Source of the DNA: Pseudomonadota bacterium
GTDB taxonomy: Bacteria; Pseudomonadota; Alphaproteobacteria; Rhizobiales; Xanthobacteraceae
Direction: 5' to 3'
Assembly (NCBI GenBank): GCA_023432845.1
Contig: JAEZEY010000228.1
Coordinates: forward strand, 1 to 46,664
Length of the DNA: 46,664 bases
A program made the position numbers and the translations under genes. Each line of letters starts with the position of its first letter. The stretch's first letter is position 1. This document shows positions 10,096-21,650 of this stretch, one piece after another. The notes beneath the pieces are model-generated. The model made no database searches. It had not been told where the DNA came from and saw only the letters and a program-made list of their open reading frames with translations.

Positions 10096-11136
10096 ATGAA
10101 GTCTAAACTTAAGATGTATTCGCTCGCGGCTTCTACCGCGGCCGTCGCTATCCTGCTGTCGATCCCGCAGCCGGCCACGGCGCAGGAGCGCAAATCGATC
10201 CGCTGGTCGACGTCCAGCATCGACTCCTACGGCTATAAGGTTGCCGCCACGATGGCCAAGGTCGCCGAAGAAGCGCTCGGCGGCGAGTACACCGTCACCG
10301 TCAATCCCTACCCGTCCACAACGGGCGCCATGAAGGCGGCGATGGATGGCAACGGTGAGATCGGCTACACCGCCGACGTCGGCATGACCCAGCTTTACGG
10401 GGGCGAAGGCGGCTTCAAGAACTACACCCCGGGGAAGGGCAAGCTCGTCCACACCTGGTATGCTTATCCGATGGAATCCTTCATGGCGGTGCCGACCGAA
10501 AAGGTCGCGCAATACAAGTGCCTGAAGGATCTCAGCGGCAAGCCGACCTTCTACACCCCCGCCGGGTTCATGAACTGGCTCAATTTCCAGCGCATGTACA
10601 AGGCGCTGGGCTACGACTTCAAGCACGTCCAGATCGACCCCAAGACCCAGTCCGATGCGCTCAAGGGCGGCACCATCGCGGGCTCGGTCGCCTATACGAC
10701 GGCCGGCCGCTCGCTGGTGCCGTACTGGAAGGAAACCGAAGTCCGCATGGATATCTCCATCGTCAATCCGTGCCCGGATGAAGTCGAGAAGTTGAAGGCC
10801 GCCGGTCTTGGGATCTCCGAAGTCGATCCGAAGGTGTTCGCCAAGGACGTCGGCGTGAAGACCATCTACGGCGTCCCGATCCTGTTCGGATACAACGTCC
10901 GCGCCGATATGCCGGAAGACGTCGTTTACAAGCTGGTCAGCGCATTCCACAAGAACAGCGCGGCCCTGGCCAAGTCGGAGCCCGGCTTTGCCCCGCTGGC
11001 AAAGGACTTCGTCGGCATGCAGGTGCAAGGCATCAAGGCCAATCCTGAGGTCCCGGTCCATCCGGGCCTCGCCAAGTTCCTCAAGGAACAGAAGGCCTGG
11101 GACGACAAGTGGAAGATTGCCACCACAAGCGGCTGA
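10096..11136 (+). CDS. TAXI-family TRAP transporter solute-binding protein
   Basis: Signal peptide; MPEDVVYKLV and VPVHPGLAKFLKE C-terminal TAXI signature; GGAGGAG RBS. Confidence 0.85.
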   Translation: MKSKLKMYSLAASTAAVAILLSIPQPATAQERKSIRWSTSSIDSYGYKVAATMAKVAEEALGGEYTVTVNPYPSTTGAMKAAMDGNGEIGYTADVGMTQLYGGEGGFKNYTPGKGKLVHTWYAYPMESFMAVPTEKVAQYKCLKDLSGKPTFYTPAGFMNWLNFQRMYKALGYDFKHVQIDPKTQSDALKGGTIAGSVAYTTAGRSLVPYWKETEVRMDISIVNPCPDEVEKLKAAGLGISEVDPKVFAKDVGVKTIYGVPILFGYNVRADMPEDVVYKLVSAFHKNSAALAKSEPGFAPLAKDFVGMQVQGIKANPEVPVHPGLAKFLKEQKAWDDKWKIATTSG

Positions 11137-11155
11137 TCTCCCGGAGGACGCCATT

Positions 11156-11195
11156 GCGGGGCGGGAGCTTGCGGGAACGCAGGTTCCCGCCTCGT
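11156..11195 (+). other. Intercistronic RNA hairpin (mRNA stabiliser or partial terminator)
   Basis: 18-bp stem with G-U pairs: GCGGGGCGGGAGCTTGCG-GGAA-CGCAGGTTCCCGCCTCGT, GNRA loop, no U-tract, between SBP and permease genes. Confidence 0.55.
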
Positions 11196-11304
11196 ATCTG
11201 TTAGCACACCGGCATGAACGCCAGGGAGGGAGGCATCGGTCGCGTCATTGCACCGGGCCGCTGGCGCAAGAACCGGCGAAGATAACAAACACGTGGGGAA
11301 CGCT

Positions 11305-13323
11305 ATGACGAACGATGGGATCAAACGGCAATTCAATCTCAGCAACCTGATCCTGATATTCGCGATCATCCAGTTCGTCTGGCTTGGCTGGTATTTCTAC
11401 ACGGGCTCCGGCGGCCCGCAGGAGCTGGTCGCGCGCGTGATGTCGATCGCGCTGATCCTGCAGATCCTGTTCATGTACCGGGAAAACTACCTCTATAAAT
11501 GGTTGCCGCCCCGGGTAAACGACATCATCGTCGTCTTCTATCTCGGCATTTGCGCCTACGCATTCTGGCACTTCTGGTGGGAGTTCGAGGAGATCGCGAT
11601 CTATCGCCAGGGCTCCTACACCACGCAGGATTTCATCGTCGGCCTGCTGGTTTTCCTGCTCGTCATGGAGCTCTCACGTCTTGCCCATCCGGTGCTGTTC
11701 TGGATCAACCTTGTCCTGGTCTTCTACACGCTGTACGGCTACCTCAGCCCGGTCGACTTCTTCTGGCATCCGGGAACGTCGTTCCACCGCATCGTCACGT
11801 CCAGTACCGTCGAATTTTCGACGGGCATCTATGGCATCTACGGGCAGATCGCCCTCACCCTGATCGCTGCATTCCTTCTGCTGGCCGCTGCAGCGCAGGG
11901 CTTCGGCGCGCAGAGCGCCATGATCAATGTCATGCGCCGCCTTGCCGGACGTTCGCGCCAGATGGTGCCGCAGACGGCCGTCATGGGTTCGCTCTCCATC
12001 GGCATGATCAGCGGCAGCGGCTCGGCGAACGCCGTGGTCGTCGGCAGCATCACCATTCCACTCATGAAACGCTATGGCGTACCGCCCGCGGTCGCTGCCG
12101 CTATCGAGTCGGCCGCGTCCATGGGAGGGCTTCTCATGCCGCCGATGATGGGCATCGGCGCATTTCTGATGTCCGAGTTCCTGGGCGTTCCCTACTGGGA
12201 CGTCGTCGTGCGCGGCTTCTCCCTCGCCGCGGTCTATTACATCACGCTGGCGCTGTCCGTCTATCTTCTGTGTGTCCGCCTGCTGCCGCGGGACAGCGTG
12301 GCGCCGCCAGTAGTACCCCTCTATGACCGCGTCAAGACGTCAATCTTTTTCATCTCGGTTCTTTTCCTCATCTACCATCTTGGCATCGTCGGCACCGGTG
12401 AGCTACTCGCCGCCATCTATGCCGCCGGCTTCATGTTTGCACTCCTGCTCGCTGCGTTCCTGTACTTCAAATACGCGCTGAAGGATCCGCAGGTCGCGCG
12501 ACAGACGATTCTCGGCAATGTGCGGCTATGCCTTGAAACACATGCCGACATGACGTCGTATTTGACACTGCTTCTGGCCACGCTCGGCATCATGATCGGC
12601 CTGTTCACGGTCACAGGCTTCATCAACCGCATGGGTGGCATGCTGCTCGATCTCGGCGCGTGGCACGTCGCCGCCATGATCGCGATGGCGTATATTTTCG
12701 GCTGGCTGGTCGGCGCCGGCCTGCCGCCGACCGCGACCTACATCATCGGCGCGGTCGTCATCGTGCCACCGCTCACGAGCCTTGGCATCAATCCGTGGGT
12801 CGCGCACTTCTTCATCTTCCTGCTGTCGGTGTGGGGAGAGCTGTCGCCGCCAACGTCGCTCACGGCGGCAATATCGGCTCGCATCGCCGAAACCTCCTTC
12901 ATGCGGACGATGTGGGAGGCATTGAAGCTGTGTCTGCCGGTCACCCTCATGACTTTTGCTATCTTCACGCGCTCGGAAATGGTTATCACGCCGGGCTGGA
13001 CGCAGGTTCTCAACACCGTCGCGATGATGGTGGGTACGGCGGGCGCGGCATTTGCGATGTTCGGGCGCTACACCACGAACAAGAGCCTGGACGCCGGCCT
13101 GCGAATGCTTCTGGCAGTGGTGTCGGGGGTGGTTCTCTTCCACCCCAACGATACTGTGGCGCTATCGGTCAGCGCCGTGGCCCTCGCAGCGGTCGTTGGA
13201 GGCATCTGGCGCCACCGGGTGATCGCGCCGCCGGCGTCCTTGGAAATCGCCGAAACGGGCACGCTAACCGAGCCGGATGAGGAACTCGCTGAATTGATGC
13301 AGGAGGCCAAGCGAGAGTACTAG
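11305..13323 (+). CDS. TRAP transporter fused permease (DctQM / 4TM-12TM)
   Basis: ISGSGSANAV, TIPLMKRYG, ASMGGLLMPPMMGIGAFLM, GLPPTATY, LSPP motifs; start at ATG 11305. Confidence 0.9.
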   Translation: MTNDGIKRQFNLSNLILIFAIIQFVWLGWYFYTGSGGPQELVARVMSIALILQILFMYRENYLYKWLPPRVNDIIVVFYLGICAYAFWHFWWEFEEIAIYRQGSYTTQDFIVGLLVFLLVMELSRLAHPVLFWINLVLVFYTLYGYLSPVDFFWHPGTSFHRIVTSSTVEFSTGIYGIYGQIALTLIAAFLLLAAAAQGFGAQSAMINVMRRLAGRSRQMVPQTAVMGSLSIGMISGSGSANAVVVGSITIPLMKRYGVPPAVAAAIESAASMGGLLMPPMMGIGAFLMSEFLGVPYWDVVVRGFSLAAVYYITLALSVYLLCVRLLPRDSVAPPVVPLYDRVKTSIFFISVLFLIYHLGIVGTGELLAAIYAAGFMFALLLAAFLYFKYALKDPQVARQTILGNVRLCLETHADMTSYLTLLLATLGIMIGLFTVTGFINRMGGMLLDLGAWHVAAMIAMAYIFGWLVGAGLPPTATYIIGAVVIVPPLTSLGINPWVAHFFIFLLSVWGELSPPTSLTAAISARIAETSFMRTMWEALKLCLPVTLMTFAIFTRSEMVITPGWTQVLNTVAMMVGTAGAAFAMFGRYTTNKSLDAGLRMLLAVVSGVVLFHPNDTVALSVSAVALAAVVGGIWRHRVIAPPASLEIAETGTLTEPDEELAELMQEAKREY

Positions 13324-13368
13324 CATCACAAGCTGTTTTGCTGTTGCCGATGCCTCCGGCCGAGCAAG

Positions 13369-13403
13369 AAAAACGCCGCGTTCAAAACAGAGCGCGACGT
13401 TTT
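13369..13403 (-). terminator. Intrinsic terminator after leuA (possibly bidirectional)
   Basis: Minus strand AAAACGTCGCGCTC-loop-GAACGCGGCGTTTTT between convergent genes. Confidence 0.55.
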
Positions 13404-13424
13404 GATTCAGACGGGTAGAAGAGA

Positions 13425-14999
<1,575 letters not shown>

Positions 15000-15108
15000 T
15001 TGGAATTATCCTTCTCTATATCCTGCGCCCGGATTCATGACCGAAGGGCGCTTTTTGGGATGTCTCCGTCAGTCCCCCCGAGTGCCCAGGCGCAAGCCCA
15101 GCCGGCCC

Positions 15109-15222
15109 TCAGGGGCGGGTAAGGAGAAGGAGCGAGCCCAGAATGAGGGAGGCCGCCGGCGGGCCCTGCAAGGCCGCCAGGTCGTCGATCGCGCAGAACT
15201 GCTGGCGCGTCGGCATTGGCAT
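15109..15222 (-). CDS. leuA leader peptide (37 aa, tandem Leu codons)
   Basis: MPMPTRQQFCAIDDLAALQGPPAASLILGSLLLLTRP*; GAGGG RBS; CTC CTT CTC CTT run three codons before the stop; ends 109 nt upstream of leuA. Not in the ORF track. Confidence 0.75.
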   Translation of the reverse strand: MPMPTRQQFCAIDDLAALQGPPAASLILGSLLLLTRP

Positions 15223-15364
15223 CAAAACCCTCGTTGCGACCGGTACAGTCGGCGATTCCGGTAAAGCCCGTCTTAAACGGGGCCGGATCGGGCCCTTCTA
15301 GCCGATGCTGGCGGCGGCCGGCAAGCGCTCAATAGGTCAGCATGGCTGACCGTTCTGCGGCCAT

Positions 15365-16246
15365 CTACTTTTCCGCCTTCAAGGCCGCCCTCGCCTTCTC
15401 CAGTTCCTCCAAGGCCGCGCCTTCGACCTTCGGATAGCTCAGCTTTAGGCCGTCCAGCGCATCGACCAGCGCACCGGCAACCGCCAACCGGGTGAACCAC
15501 TTCTTGTCCGCCGGGATCACGTACCACGGCGCCTCCGGCGTCGAGGTTTCGCGAATGGCGTCCTCATAGGCGGCCATGTATTGCGGCCACAGCTTGCGCT
15601 CGGCGACATCGCCCATGGAGAATTTCCAGCGCTTGCCCGGCTCGTCGATCCGGTCGAGGAAACGCTTGCGCTGCTCGTCGCGCGACACGTTGAGAAAGAA
15701 TTTAAGGATCAAGGTGCCGTTGCGCGCCAGATGCCTTTCGAAGGCTCGGATGTCATCGAAGCGCTGATGCCAGATGTCCTTGCCGTTCACGGCGGCCGGC
15801 AGGCATTGTCCTTTGAGATATTCCGGGTGCACGCGCACCACCAGCACTTCCTCGTAATGCGAACGATTGAAGATGCCGATACGGCCGCGCTCCGGTAACG
15901 CACGGGCGATGCGCCAGAGGAAATTGTGGTCGAGCTCTTCCGCGCTCGGCTGCTTGAAGGAGACGACCTGCACACCCTGCGGATTGACGCCACTCATGAC
16001 ATGCTTGATCAGGCTGTCCTTGCCGGCGGCATCCATCGCCTGCAGCACGACCAGCACCGACCAGCGATTGTCGGCGTAGAGCCGCTCCTGCAGTTCGGCG
16101 AGGCGCTCGACGCCCTCCTTAAGCAGGGCTTTGGCGTCGTCCTTGTCGATGGTCAGCCCGCAACAATCCGATGGGTCGTGATCGGCGAGCCTGAACTTGC
16201 CGGGCTGATCGATGCGATAGCGCTTGGCAATCTGGTCGAGCTTCAT
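15365..16246 (-). CDS. ppk2: Polyphosphate kinase 2 family protein (class III-like)
   Basis: QAMDAAGKD Walker A, FNRSHYEEVLV, WKFS, APWYVIPADKKW; GAGGAGG RBS before ATG 16246. Confidence 0.92.
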   Translation of the reverse strand: MKLDQIAKRYRIDQPGKFRLADHDPSDCCGLTIDKDDAKALLKEGVERLAELQERLYADNRWSVLVVLQAMDAAGKDSLIKHVMSGVNPQGVQVVSFKQPSAEELDHNFLWRIARALPERGRIGIFNRSHYEEVLVVRVHPEYLKGQCLPAAVNGKDIWHQRFDDIRAFERHLARNGTLILKFFLNVSRDEQRKRFLDRIDEPGKRWKFSMGDVAERKLWPQYMAAYEDAIRETSTPEAPWYVIPADKKWFTRLAVAGALVDALDGLKLSYPKVEGAALEELEKARAALKAEK

Positions 16247-16259
16247 GAAGCGCCTCCTC

Positions 16260-16964
16260 TCAGGCGGCAAACCGGTGGCTCAGGAAGATGCGGACATAGG
16301 GCCGCATCGCCGGCCTAAAGTCTTTCGAGCTACGGACTATCCTGATGTCGGCGAGTTCGGGCTGTTGTTCACGCGCCAGATGCTTCAGCATTCGTCCGCG
16401 CAACACTTCCGCCGTCAACCGCGACCGTAAGGCCTTGATGGCGCAGATGAGTTCGCCATCGATCGCCAGGGTCCAGCCCCGTTCGTCGGACAATTCGGAC
16501 GCGTCGAGCCCGGTCTCCTCCTTGAGCTCACGCCGCACGCTCATGTCGAAATCGACGCGGCGGCCGACGAGGTCGTTCAGATCCGGCGTGCCGCAAGGGA
16601 AATAGATCTGGCCCGCGTTGAAGGTGTGTACGCCCATTTCGCCGAGCAGGAAGGCGCCGTCCGACGACATCACCGCCGCGGCGCCGAAACAATCGTAGAT
16701 GCCGGCTTTGGGCCGGCCCGATGCGATCCAGAACGTAAAGCTGGCGTAGTCGGCCTCCAGGAAGCCCCCGCTCAAGACGCCATTTTCGATTTCGCAACGG
16801 TGCATCAACAGCACGCGGCCGTTGAACAGCGCCGGCTTTTTGCTCTTCGTCTCGGCAAACAACGCGTCGATATCGCGACGGTTGACGTCGGCATAAGCCC
16901 AGGACCGCGGCTCGAACGTCAGCTCGAGGCGATCGACATGGACGACCTTGCCGTTGCCGGTCAT
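16260..16964 (-). CDS. NUDIX hydrolase
   Basis: Nudix box RRELKEETGL; FNGRVLL and GQIYFPCGTPD typical of an alphaproteobacterial Nudix subfamily. Confidence 0.88.
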   Translation of the reverse strand: MTGNGKVVHVDRLELTFEPRSWAYADVNRRDIDALFAETKSKKPALFNGRVLLMHRCEIENGVLSGGFLEADYASFTFWIASGRPKAGIYDCFGAAAVMSSDGAFLLGEMGVHTFNAGQIYFPCGTPDLNDLVGRRVDFDMSVRRELKEETGLDASELSDERGWTLAIDGELICAIKALRSRLTAEVLRGRMLKHLAREQQPELADIRIVRSSKDFRPAMRPYVRIFLSHRFAA

Positions 16965-17857
16965 GCTTCGATGACACCCTCGCTCACGACAATGGCATCG
17001 CCGCCGATCGAGGCTTCGCGCAGCGCGCCGCCTTCGACCTTGAGCGATAGCCGCATCTCGCTCGGGCGGCCCATTTCGTAGCCTTGCTCTATTGTGAGTT
17101 TGTGGGCGCCGTCGGCGAGCCCTTTGCTCGTGGCGTAAAGGCCGGCGAAGGCGGCCGCCGCGCTGCCGGTGGCGGGGTCCTCGGCGATGCCGCGCGATGG
17201 CGCGAACATGCGGGCGTGGACCTGATGCGAGGCGTTCGCCGTCTCGGCGCAGATGACATAGACCATCGCGTGCCCCCCGAAGGCGAACGCCTTGTCGAAT
17301 AGCGCAGGATCAGGCTTCGCTCGTGCCGCGGCCTCAAGCGAGCGCACCGGCACCATGCTGAAGGCGACGCCGGCCGACCAACGCGACGGCGGATAGGCAT
17401 CCGCATCGATATCGGCGGCGTTCAGGCTCAGCGCCGCCGCTATGGTGGCGGCATCAGACAGATCGCCGACGCGCTCCGGCAAATGCGGCAGCTTGAATTC
17501 AGCAAAGCCGGAATCGGCGTCGTGCATCTGCGCGACACAGGACACGGGGCCGACCTTTTCCTCGATGACAAGGCTCTGGCGGCCGCCGCCGGAAGCGCGC
17601 GCCAGCCCGACCGCGGCGCCTACCGTCGGATGGCCGGCAAACGGCAGCTCGGAGGCTGGCGTGAAAATACGCATCGCCGCCTTGTGGCCGGGATCCTGCG
17701 GCGGCAGCACGAACACCGTCTCCGGATGGCCGATTTCGCGGGCGATGGTTTGCATCGCATCCGTGCCGAGACCTTCAGACTCAAGCACCATGCCGAGCGG
17801 ATTGCCGGCAAAGCGCCGGCGCGTGAACACGTCGAGAGTGATGAGACGTCGGCGCAT
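16961..17857 (-). CDS. PhzF-family isomerase/epimerase
   Basis: DVFT..FAGNPL, ETVF, RIFTP.SELPFAGHPT, EDPATGSA, EQG.EMGRPS. Confidence 0.93.
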   Translation of the reverse strand: MRRRLITLDVFTRRRFAGNPLGMVLESEGLGTDAMQTIAREIGHPETVFVLPPQDPGHKAAMRIFTPASELPFAGHPTVGAAVGLARASGGGRQSLVIEEKVGPVSCVAQMHDADSGFAEFKLPHLPERVGDLSDAATIAAALSLNAADIDADAYPPSRWSAGVAFSMVPVRSLEAAARAKPDPALFDKAFAFGGHAMVYVICAETANASHQVHARMFAPSRGIAEDPATGSAAAAFAGLYATSKGLADGAHKLTIEQGYEMGRPSEMRLSLKVEGGALREASIGGDAIVVSEGVIEA

Positions 17858-17859
17858 GG

Positions 17860-18741
17860 CTAAAGCAATCTCTCCGGTTGGCGCGGCGGCGCGATCAGTG
17901 TTTCAACATCGAAACGGCGGCTCGGTTCGACCACCTCTTGCTGGGCCGCCACCACCTGGATTTCGCTGGCTCCCGCTTCCATCGTCTTCTGCAGAATGCC
18001 GAACACCGTGCTGCCGGCCCGGGCCAGTGCTTCTCCGGCGCCACCCTGACGCAAATAGTGCACGAAGAACAAGGCCGCGATCAAATCGCCGGCGCCGTTG
18101 GCGACGAGCTGCAGCCTCGGCGTCCGCAGCCGGTAGCAGCCGATATCGTCGGAAGCGACCATGTCGATCGAGCCGTCCGGCGTCTCGTCGGTGTTGAGCG
18201 ACGTCACCAGCACCGCACGCGGGCCGAGGTCGTGCAACGCCTTGACGGAGTCGCGTACCTCGTCGCGCGTGCGCGACGTCCGCCCAGTGAGATAGTCGAG
18301 CTCGAACTGGTTTGGCGTGACGATATCAGCGGCGGGGAGTACCTTGGTTTTGATAAACTCGGGAATGCCCTCGCGCACGAACACGCCCTTGCCGACATCG
18401 CCGATCACAGGATCGCAGCAATAGCGGGCCGCCGGATTGGCGCGCCGCACAGTACACACTGCCTCCACGATCGCCTCGGCGATCTCGGGACTGCCCATGT
18501 AGCCTGACAACAGACCGTCGCACGCCGACAGCGCGCCGCGCGCCTCCAGCCCCGCCATCAGGTCGCGGATGAGTCCGGGCCCGAACACCTCGCCTCTCGA
18601 GCCGCCGTAACCGGTGTGGTTGGAGAACTGCACGGTATGGATCGGCCAGACCTCGACCCCCATGCGCTGCAGTGGAAACACCGCTGCCGAGTTGCCAACA
18701 TGGCCGTAGACGACGTGGGACTGGATGGAAACGAGATTCAT
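17860..18741 (-). CDS. pdxY: Pyridoxal kinase PdxY
   Basis: [44 protein letters not shown]. Confidence 0.93.
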   Translation of the reverse strand: MNLVSIQSHVVYGHVGNSAAVFPLQRMGVEVWPIHTVQFSNHTGYGGSRGEVFGPGLIRDLMAGLEARGALSACDGLLSGYMGSPEIAEAIVEAVCTVRRANPAARYCCDPVIGDVGKGVFVREGIPEFIKTKVLPAADIVTPNQFELDYLTGRTSRTRDEVRDSVKALHDLGPRAVLVTSLNTDETPDGSIDMVASDDIGCYRLRTPRLQLVANGAGDLIAALFFVHYLRQGGAGEALARAGSTVFGILQKTMEAGASEIQVVAAQQEVVEPSRRFDVETLIAPPRQPERLL

Positions 18742-18757
18742 GCGCGCCACAATAACA

Positions 18758-18786
18758 GAAACGGCGGGGAAGTTCCCCGCCGTTTC
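18758..18786 (-). terminator. Strong hairpin / terminator after the ABC substrate-binding gene
   Basis: Perfect 14-bp IR GAAACGGCGGGGAA-G-TTCCCCGCCGTTTC; the minus strand ends TTTCTGTTATT. Confidence 0.65.
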
Positions 18787-18813
18787 CTATCAGATCGAGC
18801 ACACGGGGCTTCG

Positions 18814-19839
18814 TCAGTTCGTCTTGCCCGCCGCCTCGACATACTTGTTGGTGTAGGTCTTCGAGAGGTCGATCTTGGCGTCGCGGATCGCCGGCACCGA
18901 TTGGCTGAATACCGCGAGCACGGCTTCCGCGCCCTTCGGATCCATCTTGCCCGTTTCCGAGAACATCGGCAGCGTGTTCTTGAGCGCCGCGATGTAGAGC
19001 GCCTTGTCCTTGCCGACGAGCTCGGGCGGCATCTTCTCGGCGATCTCCTCCGGCGTATGCGAGTGGATCCACTTCAGCGTGGCGATGATCGCGTTCGTCA
19101 TGCCCTGCACTTCCTTCTCGTGCGAGGCGATCCAGTCAGCCTTGGTGTAGAGCGCGCCGCCCGGATACTCGCCGCCGAACACGGCGAGCGTGTCCTTCTG
19201 CGAGCGCGTGTCGCTGAGAATCTTCAGGTCCGAATACTTGCCAGCCAGCAGCGTCACCGCCGGATCGAGCATGATGGCGGCTTCGATCTCGCCCTGCTCC
19301 ATCGATGCGACCGCCGTGGCGCCGAGGCCGACGCCGATGACCGCGACCGAGTTCGGATCGACGCCGTTCTTGCTGAGGATGTATTTGAGGAAGAAGTCGG
19401 TCGACGAACCGGGGGCGCTGACACCGACTTTCTTGTTGGCGAGATCCTTGATCGACTTGATCGACGCCGTGTGCTTGGGCGAGACCACCAGCGCGAAGCC
19501 CGGATAGCGGTCGTAAACCACGAAGGACTGCAGGCTCTGGCCCTTGGCCGCCAGATTGACGGTGTGGTCGAAATAGCCGGAGACCACATCAGCGCTGCCG
19601 CCCATTACGGCCTTGAGCGCCTCGGAGCCACCCTTAAACTGGATCACCTCGACGTCGACGCCGGCCTTCTTGTACTCGCCGAGCTGATGCGCCAGCATGG
19701 TCGGCAGGTAGCACAGGCACGCAGCGCCACCGATGGCGAGCTTCACCTTGGTCTGGGCGAGCGCGGTGCCCGCCATCAGGCCGGCCGACAGAACAAGCGC
19801 GGCAGCCGCGGTGGCGGCGCGGCGGAACAGCTTGGACAT
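18814..19839 (-). CDS. ABC transporter substrate-binding protein, NMT1/SsuA/TauA-like
   Basis: Signal peptide; FKGGSEALKAVMGGSADV, GVSAPGSST; GGAGG RBS before ATG 19839. Confidence 0.9.
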   Translation of the reverse strand: MSKLFRRAATAAAALVLSAGLMAGTALAQTKVKLAIGGAACLCYLPTMLAHQLGEYKKAGVDVEVIQFKGGSEALKAVMGGSADVVSGYFDHTVNLAAKGQSLQSFVVYDRYPGFALVVSPKHTASIKSIKDLANKKVGVSAPGSSTDFFLKYILSKNGVDPNSVAVIGVGLGATAVASMEQGEIEAAIMLDPAVTLLAGKYSDLKILSDTRSQKDTLAVFGGEYPGGALYTKADWIASHEKEVQGMTNAIIATLKWIHSHTPEEIAEKMPPELVGKDKALYIAALKNTLPMFSETGKMDPKGAEAVLAVFSQSVPAIRDAKIDLSKTYTNKYVEAAGKTN

Positions 19840-19941
19840 TCGTTTCCTCCGTATTTTTTGGGTCGTTGGCACGAAATCTAGGCCAGCCGCGCTGGATTGC
19901 CTAGGCCGAAATGACGGAACCGTAACAGGCCAAGGCGGCCC

Positions 19942-20730
19942 TCAGGGCTTGGCCTCGCCCACCTGCGGACGCCAGATCAGCAGCCGCTTCTCGACCACGG
20001 TGACGACCATGTCGATCACGATGACGAAAGCCGCCAGCACGAACATGCCGGCGAAAACGCCAGCGACGTCGAAAATGCCTTCGGCCTGCTGGATCAGGTA
20101 GCCGAGGCCCGCGGCGGAACCAAGATATTCCCCCACCACCGCCCCCACCACGGCGAAGCCGACCGACGTGTGTAGCGACGAAAACATCCACGACAGCGCC
20201 GACGGCCAATAGACATGACGCATCAGCTGCCGCTCGTTCATGCCGAGCATGCGCGCATTGGCGAGCACCGTGGGCGAGACTTCCTTGACGCCCTGATAGA
20301 CGTTGAAGAACACGATGAAAAACACGAGCGTGACACCGAGCGCCACCTTCGACCAGATGCCGAGGCCGAGCCACAATGTAAAGATCGGTGCCAGCACCAC
20401 GCGGGGTAGCGCATTCGCCATCTTCACATAAGGATCGAACACCGCCGCCGTGCGCGGCTGTCGCGCGAACCAGAAACCGACCACAATGCCGCCGATCGAG
20501 CCGATGACGAAGGCCAGCGTGGCCTCGAGCAGCGTCACGTACAGATGCTTCCAGATCACGCCGGAGGCGAACCAGGCGATGATCTGCTTGGCGACATCGA
20601 ACGGATTGGAAAAGAAGAAGGGTGGCAGAATCAACCGGCCGAAAATCGGATAAGTCGTGAGCACGTGCCAGAGCAGCAGCGACACGACGGCGACCATGAT
20701 CTGGAGCGTGAGAAGCGTTACGCGGGACAT
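19942..20730 (-). CDS. ABC transporter permease (SsuC/TauC-like)
   Basis: ALPRVVLAP, ARMLG EAA-like loop, GAVVGEYLGS..GLG. Confidence 0.92.
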   Translation of the reverse strand: MSRVTLLTLQIMVAVVSLLLWHVLTTYPIFGRLILPPFFFSNPFDVAKQIIAWFASGVIWKHLYVTLLEATLAFVIGSIGGIVVGFWFARQPRTAAVFDPYVKMANALPRVVLAPIFTLWLGLGIWSKVALGVTLVFFIVFFNVYQGVKEVSPTVLANARMLGMNERQLMRHVYWPSALSWMFSSLHTSVGFAVVGAVVGEYLGSAAGLGYLIQQAEGIFDVAGVFAGMFVLAAFVIVIDMVVTVVEKRLLIWRPQVGEAKP

Positions 20731-21563
20731 CACTTCCCCTCCGCCTGCTGATAACCCTTGATCACCTCTTCCTTGAGCATGTGCCAGATCTCGCGGTGCA
20801 GATCGTGGAAAGCCGGATCGAGCTTGACCTCAGAGATGTCGCGCGGCCGTGGCAGCGTCACAATCCAATCGCCGATGATGCGCGACGACGGACCGGCCGA
20901 CATGATCACCACCCGGTCCGACAGCGCGATCGCCTCCTCCAGATCGTGGGTGACGAACAGCACCGCCTTGCGGTCAGCGCTCCATAAATCGAGCAACAGA
21001 TTGCCCATGATCTGGCGGGTCTGCGCGTCGAGCGGCCCGAAGGGCTCGTCCATCAAAAGGATTTTCGGATCGCGAATGAGGACTTGGGCGAGGCCCACCC
21101 GTTTGCGCTGTCCGCCCGACAGCATGTGCGGATAGCGGTCGCCGAAGGCGCCGAGACCAACCTTGCCAAGCCACTCCCTGGCCCGGGCCCGCGCCTCGGC
21201 GTGCGGCACCCCGGCGATCTCCAGCCCGATGGCGACATTTTCCAGCGCCGTCTTCCAAGGGAACAGCGCGTCGGCCTGGAAGAGATAGCCGGCCTGGCGG
21301 TTGAGATCGGCGAGCGGCGCGCCGAAAATGTCCGCTGAACCTGCGGCCGGCGCCAGCAGGCCGGCGGCGATGTTCAGGAGCGTGGACTTGCCGCAACCGG
21401 TCGGTCCGACAATAGCGACGAACTCGCCGTCGGCCACCTTGAGCGTGGCATTCTGCACGGCGCGGAACACGCCGCCATCGGCCAGACGGAACGCGACATC
21501 CACATCGGTCAGGGTGACCGCCGCCTCGCTCGTCGCCGTCGTCGCCGTCATCGCCGCTCTCAT
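20730..21563 (-). CDS. ABC transporter ATP-binding protein (SsuB/TauB-like)
   Basis: GPTGCGKST, LSGGQRKR, LLMDEPFGPLD, VTHDLEEA. Confidence 0.95.
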   Translation of the reverse strand: MRAAMTATTATSEAAVTLTDVDVAFRLADGGVFRAVQNATLKVADGEFVAIVGPTGCGKSTLLNIAAGLLAPAAGSADIFGAPLADLNRQAGYLFQADALFPWKTALENVAIGLEIAGVPHAEARARAREWLGKVGLGAFGDRYPHMLSGGQRKRVGLAQVLIRDPKILLMDEPFGPLDAQTRQIMGNLLLDLWSADRKAVLFVTHDLEEAIALSDRVVIMSAGPSSRIIGDWIVTLPRPRDISEVKLDPAFHDLHREIWHMLKEEVIKGYQQAEGK

Positions 21564-21650
21564 CCCCGTGCCGTTCCGGGGCGCAAACTAGCGGCTCAGG
21601 CGCACATTGCAATGGCGGCGAAACGGCGGGCCGCTGCCCGCGCTTCGCGA

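Noticed and set aside
16961..17857. Phenazine biosynthesis
   Set aside because: Lone PhzF-family gene without phzABDEG; such homologues are widespread.
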